Origin: an uncultured bacterium
Lineage (GTDB): Bacteria > Cyanobacteriota > Vampirovibrionia > Gastranaerophilales > Gastranaerophilaceae
Assembly: GCA_949296355.1 (NCBI GenBank)
Contig: CASFPS010000002.1
Span: 10,781 to 74,780 of the forward strand
Length of the DNA stretch: 64,000 nucleotides
Direction: 5' to 3'
Position numbers and translations under genes: made by a program. Positions 59,437 to 64,000 of the stretch are shown in pieces (positions within the stretch are counted from its first letter, which is position 1; the number at the start of each line of letters is the position of its first letter). The notes below the pieces were generated by a model, which was not told where the DNA came from, searched no databases, and saw nothing but the letters and a program-made list of their open reading frames with translations.

Positions 59437-59523
59437 AGTAGTGTGGAGCTTGCTCCACAAAATTTGAATTATAAAAACAGATAAAATTTTACACAATGCT
59501 TGTGGAGCAAGCTCCACACTACT
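59437..59523. repeat. Perfect 23-bp inverted repeat with 41-bp spacer
   Basis: AGTAGTGTGGAGCTTGCTCCACA ... TGTGGAGCAAGCTCCACACTACT. Each arm is itself palindromic. Confidence 0.9.
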
Positions 59524-59592
59524 GATGTTTTTAAGGAACACATAATTATATCCCGCCAATAATTCCGGTAATTATAATCAATGAGCTGCTAA

Positions 59593-62094
59593 CTACTTTT
59601 TCTTTAAATATTTCCCGGTAAGACTTTCCTTGCAGTCAATAATTTCTTCCGGCGTTCCTGACACAACTATTTTCCCGCCGTCTTCACCGCCTCCGGGTCC
59701 CATATCTATTATGAAATCAGCATTTCTTATTACATCCAAATCGTGTTCAATAACTATAACAGTTGCGCCGCTTTCTATAAGTTTTTGAAACACTCCGATA
59801 AGCGAGCGTACATCCAGTGGATGAAGTCCTATTGTCGGCTCATCAAATACAAATACAGAATCTTCCTGCCTGCGTCCCATCTCGGAAGCCAGTTTCAGTC
59901 TCTGAGCTTCGCCGCCGGAAAGACTCGGTGTTGCTTCCCCTAAAGTTAAATACCCCAGCCCTAAGTCTTTCAATACCTGAAGCCTCTGCCTTACGGTATT
60001 TAAATCTTTGCAGGCATTAAGGGCGTGATTTATATCCATTGCCATAATTTCCGGCAGTGAATACTCTTCTTTTGCTTTATTTACGTACTTTATGCTTTCT
60101 GCCTGTTTAGAATACCGCGAACCTCTGCAATCAGGGCAGGCAACTTCCACATCCGGCAAAAACTGAACATCAAGGCTTATACTGCCTGTTCCGTCACATG
60201 TAGGACAGCGGAGCGAGCCTGTATTATACGAAAAGTCACCGGCTTTATATCCCGCTTCTTTAGCAGCCGGAGTTCTTGCAAAAACTTTTCTGAGTTCGTC
60301 GTGAACATTTGCATAAGTTGCAACAGTTGAACGAATATTTATTCCGATCGGCGTTGCATCAATAAGTTTTACCTGTTTAATACCTTCTGCTTCAATGTTT
60401 TTAACATGCGCCGGAAGCGGCTTATCGGAAATTTTATTTTCAAGTGCAGGTATAAGACTTTCCAGTACAAGGGTAGTTTTGCCGGAGCCTGAAACACCTG
60501 TAATTACTGTCAATCGTCCTTTTGGAATCCGGACTTCAAGAGGTTTTACGGTGTGGATAGAGGAAGTCGAAAGATTAATTTCACCGTTTTTAAACAATTC
60601 ATTTTGTTTTGCTCTTGTGCGGATTTCTGTCTTTGCAGTGCCGGAAAGAAAAGGCGCAATTTTTGAGCTTTTGCTTTTGCTAATTTGAGGAATAGATCCT
60701 TCATTAATTACTTCTCCTCCGTCAAAACCGGAATCAGGACCCATTTCAATAATCCAGTCTGACTCCGACAGGATTTGAGTGTCGTGGTCAACCAGAATAA
60801 CGGAATTTCCGTCTGATACAAGGTCGTGCATAACTGCATTCAAGCCGGTAATATTTGCAGGATGCAGACCGATAGACGGCTCATCCAGAACGTACAGAAC
60901 TCCTGTAGTACGGTTTCTGACAGAACGCGCAAGCTGCATTCTCTGCCGCTCTCCGGTTGAAAGTGTTGAAGCTGCGCGGTCAAGAGAAAGATATCCCAGC
61001 CCTAAATCCATTAAGCGTCTTGCAGTTGCCTGAAAAGATTCGCAAATAGATTCAGCCATCGGGCGCATTTTCTCCGGAAGCGACTCCGGAACTCCGCCTA
61101 CCCATTTTACAAGTTCCGAAAGCGTCATCTCGCAAGCTTTATCAAGTGAGATTCCTCTGAGTTTCGGCGCTCTTGCGGCTTCTGACAAACGCGTACCATG
61201 ACATGCTGGACAAATATCTTCTTTCAAAAACTTTTCCACGCGCTTCATGCCGGTCTCATCTTTAACTTTCTTAAGCGCATTTTCTACGGTATAAACGGCA
61301 TTATAGTAAGTAAAATCAATTTCTCCCGCCTGATTTGAGTTTTTTGCTTTGTAAAAAATATGTTTTTTCTCTGCAGGTCCGTGGAAAACAATTTCTCTTT
61401 CTTCTTTTGTAAGCTCCCTAAACGGAACATTTGTACGCACGCCCATCTCACGGCAAACATCCGTCATAAGCGACCACATCAGAGAGTTCCACGGTGCAAC
61501 TGCGCCTTGGTCAATCGTAAGTGATTCGTCAGGTACGAGGGTTGATTCATCGACAGTTCTTATTGTTCCGACTCCGCCGCAGCGCTCGCATGCGCCCTGA
61601 GAGTTGAAAGCAAGCTCTTCTGCCCCCGGAGCGTAAAAATGCGCGCCGCATTCAGGGCAAACAAGCTCCTTTTCTGCCGCAACGGCAAGGGTTGGTTCAA
61701 GATAATGTCCGTTAGGGCATCTATGGCTTGCAAGTCTTGAGTACATAAGCCTCAAACTGTTTAAAAGCTCCGTTCCTGTTCCGAAAGTGCTTCGTATTCC
61801 CGGAACACCGGGACGCTGGTGGAGCGCAAGCGCTGCCGGCACGTATAAGACTTCATCTACGCGGGCTTTTGCAGCCTGAGTCATACGGCGTCTTGTATAT
61901 GTGGATAAAGCTTCCAGATACCTTCTTGAGCCTTCGGCATACAAAACTCCGAGGGCAAGCGAGGATTTTCCCGAACCCGAAACTCCCGCTATACCTACAA
62001 TTTTATTCAGCGGAATATCGACATCAATATTCTTTAAATTATGTACTTTTGCCCCGCGTACAAGTATTTTATCCGGCTGTATGTTTTTCTCCAT
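59593..62094 (-). CDS. uvrA: UvrA-like ABC ATPase, short (833 aa) paralog
   Basis: VRGAKVHNLKNIDVDIPLNKIVGIAGVSGSGKSSLA, two ABC modules, zinc-finger Cys pairs. About 100 aa shorter than canonical UvrA. Confidence 0.85.
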   Translation of the reverse strand: MEKNIQPDKILVRGAKVHNLKNIDVDIPLNKIVGIAGVSGSGKSSLALGVLYAEGSRRYLEALSTYTRRRMTQAAKARVDEVLYVPAALALHQRPGVPGIRSTFGTGTELLNSLRLMYSRLASHRCPNGHYLEPTLAVAAEKELVCPECGAHFYAPGAEELAFNSQGACERCGGVGTIRTVDESTLVPDESLTIDQGAVAPWNSLMWSLMTDVCREMGVRTNVPFRELTKEEREIVFHGPAEKKHIFYKAKNSNQAGEIDFTYYNAVYTVENALKKVKDETGMKRVEKFLKEDICPACHGTRLSEAARAPKLRGISLDKACEMTLSELVKWVGGVPESLPEKMRPMAESICESFQATARRLMDLGLGYLSLDRAASTLSTGERQRMQLARSVRNRTTGVLYVLDEPSIGLHPANITGLNAVMHDLVSDGNSVILVDHDTQILSESDWIIEMGPDSGFDGGEVINEGSIPQISKSKSSKIAPFLSGTAKTEIRTRAKQNELFKNGEINLSTSSIHTVKPLEVRIPKGRLTVITGVSGSGKTTLVLESLIPALENKISDKPLPAHVKNIEAEGIKQVKLIDATPIGINIRSTVATYANVHDELRKVFARTPAAKEAGYKAGDFSYNTGSLRCPTCDGTGSISLDVQFLPDVEVACPDCRGSRYSKQAESIKYVNKAKEEYSLPEIMAMDINHALNACKDLNTVRQRLQVLKDLGLGYLTLGEATPSLSGGEAQRLKLASEMGRRQEDSVFVFDEPTIGLHPLDVRSLIGVFQKLIESGATVIVIEHDLDVIRNADFIIDMGPGGGEDGGKIVVSGTPEEIIDCKESLTGKYLKKK

Positions 62095-62150
62095 ATAAAA
62101 CCTGCCTCTAAAAAATTATATCATAATTTTTTGTATGGTATAATCTACTT

Positions 62151-62933
62151 ATGAAATATCCGAACTTAGAAAAACTGGTTGATATAATAGCTGTATTAAG
62201 GAGCGAAAACGGATGCGAGTGGGACAGAGAACAGACTCATAAAACTCTGCGCCCGAATATGCTTGAAGAAGCTTATGAAGCTGTAGACGCAATTGATGAC
62301 GGGGATATTGCGAACCTCAGAGAAGAACTCGGAGATGTACTTTTGCAGGTTGTATTGCATTCCCAGATTGCAAAAGACAACGGAGAATTTGATATAGAAG
62401 ATGTTGCAAAAGAATTAAGCGACAAACTCATTCACAGACACCCGCATGTTTTCGGTAATCAAAAAGTCAATTCGACTCAAGAGATTTTAGATAACTGGGA
62501 CAAACTTAAAAAAGAAGAAAAGACTTACAGAAAATCCGTTCTGGACGGGATATCAAGAGCGCAATCAGCTTTAATGGCAGCGCAAAAAATCAGCAAGAAA
62601 GTTGTAAAAGTCGGGTTTGAATGGGATTCTGTAGAAAGTTTAAAAGATTGTATAAAATCCGAATACAAAGAATTTGAGGAAGCGGTTAAGACAGATGACA
62701 GAGAAAAAATGGAAGACGAGATGGGAGATATTTTCTTTGCAACCGTTAACCTTGCAAGATGGTATAAAATAGATGCGGAGCAGGCGCTTTTGAGAGCAAA
62801 TAAAAAATTCACAAAACGGTTCAAAAAAATGGAAGAAATTAAAGAAAAACCGTTTGAAGAGTATACTTATGACGAATTTAACGATTTGTGGAAACGGGCT
62901 AAAATCTTAGTCATGGATGAAAGTAATTCATAG
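62151..62933 (+). CDS. mazG: Nucleoside triphosphate pyrophosphohydrolase MazG
   Basis: CEWDREQTHKTLRPNMLEEAYEAVDAI and EELGDVLLQVV. Tandem MazG domains. Confidence 0.9.
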   Translation: MKYPNLEKLVDIIAVLRSENGCEWDREQTHKTLRPNMLEEAYEAVDAIDDGDIANLREELGDVLLQVVLHSQIAKDNGEFDIEDVAKELSDKLIHRHPHVFGNQKVNSTQEILDNWDKLKKEEKTYRKSVLDGISRAQSALMAAQKISKKVVKVGFEWDSVESLKDCIKSEYKEFEEAVKTDDREKMEDEMGDIFFATVNLARWYKIDAEQALLRANKKFTKRFKKMEEIKEKPFEEYTYDEFNDLWKRAKILVMDESNS

Positions 62934-62949
62934 AGAAGGAGTTTTATTT

Positions 62950-63306
62950 ATGAAAAAATTTACAGCGATTTTATTTTTATTGACAGCATTTGCAATTCCT
63001 GTACTTGCAGCTGATAAAGAAAATGAAATTACAACCGTTTGCGCAAATCATATTCTTGTTCCGACGGAGATGGAAGCTATTAAACTTAAAAGTGATATAA
63101 AAAGTTTTGAAGACTTTCAGGCTTATGCAAAACTTTATTCAACCTGTCCTTCCGGACGAAACGGCGGTGATTTAGGCTGCTTTGAAAGAGGACAGATGGT
63201 AAAACCGTTTGAAGATGCGGCATTTAACGGAAATATCGGAGAGGTTTCAAATCCTGTAAAAACGGATTATGGATATCATCTCCTCTGGGTAACAAAGAAA
63301 TATTAA
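62950..63306 (+). CDS. Parvulin-type peptidyl-prolyl isomerase, secreted
   Basis: Signal peptide. ANHILV...CPSGRNGGDLGCFERGQMVKPFEDAAF...GYHLLWV. Confidence 0.85.
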   Translation: MKKFTAILFLLTAFAIPVLAADKENEITTVCANHILVPTEMEAIKLKSDIKSFEDFQAYAKLYSTCPSGRNGGDLGCFERGQMVKPFEDAAFNGNIGEVSNPVKTDYGYHLLWVTKKY

Positions 63307-63309
63307 AGT

Positions 63310-64000
63310 ATGAAAAATAAAATCCTTGCAAATCTGGCATTATTAATGACCGCCCTTATCTGGGGGCTGTCGTTTGTTGCACAACGCGAGAGTATGGACC
63401 ATATAGGTCCTTTTACGTTTAATGCGGTAAGGAGCTTTTTAGGCTGTCTGAGTCTTTTACCGTTGATTTTCTGGGTAAAAATATCACGTCCTGATAAACG
63501 TACAAGAAGGATGAAACGGTATCAGCACATGAATCTTGCAAGGGCAGGAATCGGCTGCGGGCTGGCTCTTTTTACCGCGATGAGTATCCAGCAATACTGT
63601 ATGCAGTATGTAACCGCCGGAAAAGCAGGGTTTATAACCGCGCTTTATATAATTTTTGTACCTCTGATTGCGGTTTTGCAGGGTAAAAAACTGGAAAAAA
63701 ATATTATCCTCAGTGTAATTATTGCAGTAATAGGATTGTATTTTTTATGCTACAAACCAGGAGGCGGATTTAATATCTATGACTTTTTCCTGTTGATAGG
63801 CGCATTCTTCTACGGACTCCAGATTCTTGTTGTAAATTATTATTCGGAAAAAGTTAATCCGATAAAAGCTTCGTGCGCCCAGTTCTTTGTAGTCGGAGTA
63901 ATGTCTCTTCTTCTGACCGCAATGTTTGAACACCCGACTTTATCCGGAATTATCGACTGCAGGGTTTCAATATTTTATGCCGGCGTCTTAACCTGCGGGG
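63310..64000 (+). CDS. EamA/DMT-family transporter (3' end outside window)
   Basis: Hand translation from ATG 63310 stays open to the window end: MKNKILANLALLMTALIWGLSFVAQR...AGKAGFITALYIIFVPLI. Not in the ORF track because it has no stop. Confidence 0.75.
   Translation, partial: MKNKILANLALLMTALIWGLSFVAQRESMDHIGPFTFNAVRSFLGCLSLLPLIFWVKISRPDKRTRRMKRYQHMNLARAGIGCGLALFTAMSIQQYCMQYVTAGKAGFITALYIIFVPLIAVLQGKKLEKNIILSVIIAVIGLYFLCYKPGGGFNIYDFFLLIGAFFYGLQILVVNYYSEKVNPIKASCAQFFVVGVMSLLLTAMFEHPTLSGIIDCRVSIFYAGVLTCG

Noticed and set aside
59258-59458. 66-aa minus-strand ORF
   Set aside because: It spans the partial tRNA copy and palindromic DNA, has no SD, and its composition is driven by tRNA-like sequence.

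Overview
AT-rich 64-kb chromosomal window from a diderm-type bacterium. It carries a lipid-A-associated DUF374 acyltransferase, a TolA/TonB-C protein, PBP4 and SpoIID. Gene content and the heptamer repeats suggest a non-photosynthetic cyanobacterial relative such as Melainabacteria, but only at low confidence. The backbone is housekeeping: fusA (3' part), glgA, mnmG, pgi, dnaK, xerD-like, dacB-like, ftsH, radA, mutL, glgC, rnhB, ade, ndk, tgt, pncC/cinA, cadA plus arsR-family repressor, ccdA, a short uvrA paralog, mazG, a parvulin, and two tRNA(CAT) genes. The unusual content is as follows. (1) Two tandem small-ORF/antisense-RNA modules (8.37-8.98 kb) have the architecture of type I toxin-antitoxin loci and sit inside a truncated aryl-polyene-like lipid locus. 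(2) A near-consensus sigma-28 (FliA/SigD) promoter precedes a 1111-aa EF-hand/LysM protein, a second good one precedes a 741-aa membrane protein, and a related upstream box occurs before three more cell-wall or unknown genes. (3) Several families of hairpin-forming repeats fill the intergenic space: MITE-like elements around a GIY-YIG gene, 51-52-bp tandem arrays, and heptamer/octamer micro-repeats. One composite copy is inserted in frame into radA. (4) Both tRNA loci are odd: one follows a 135-bp tandem array that reuses its 5' end, and the other is followed by a partial duplicate of itself. No CRISPR, cas, integrase, transposase or rRNA genes were seen.
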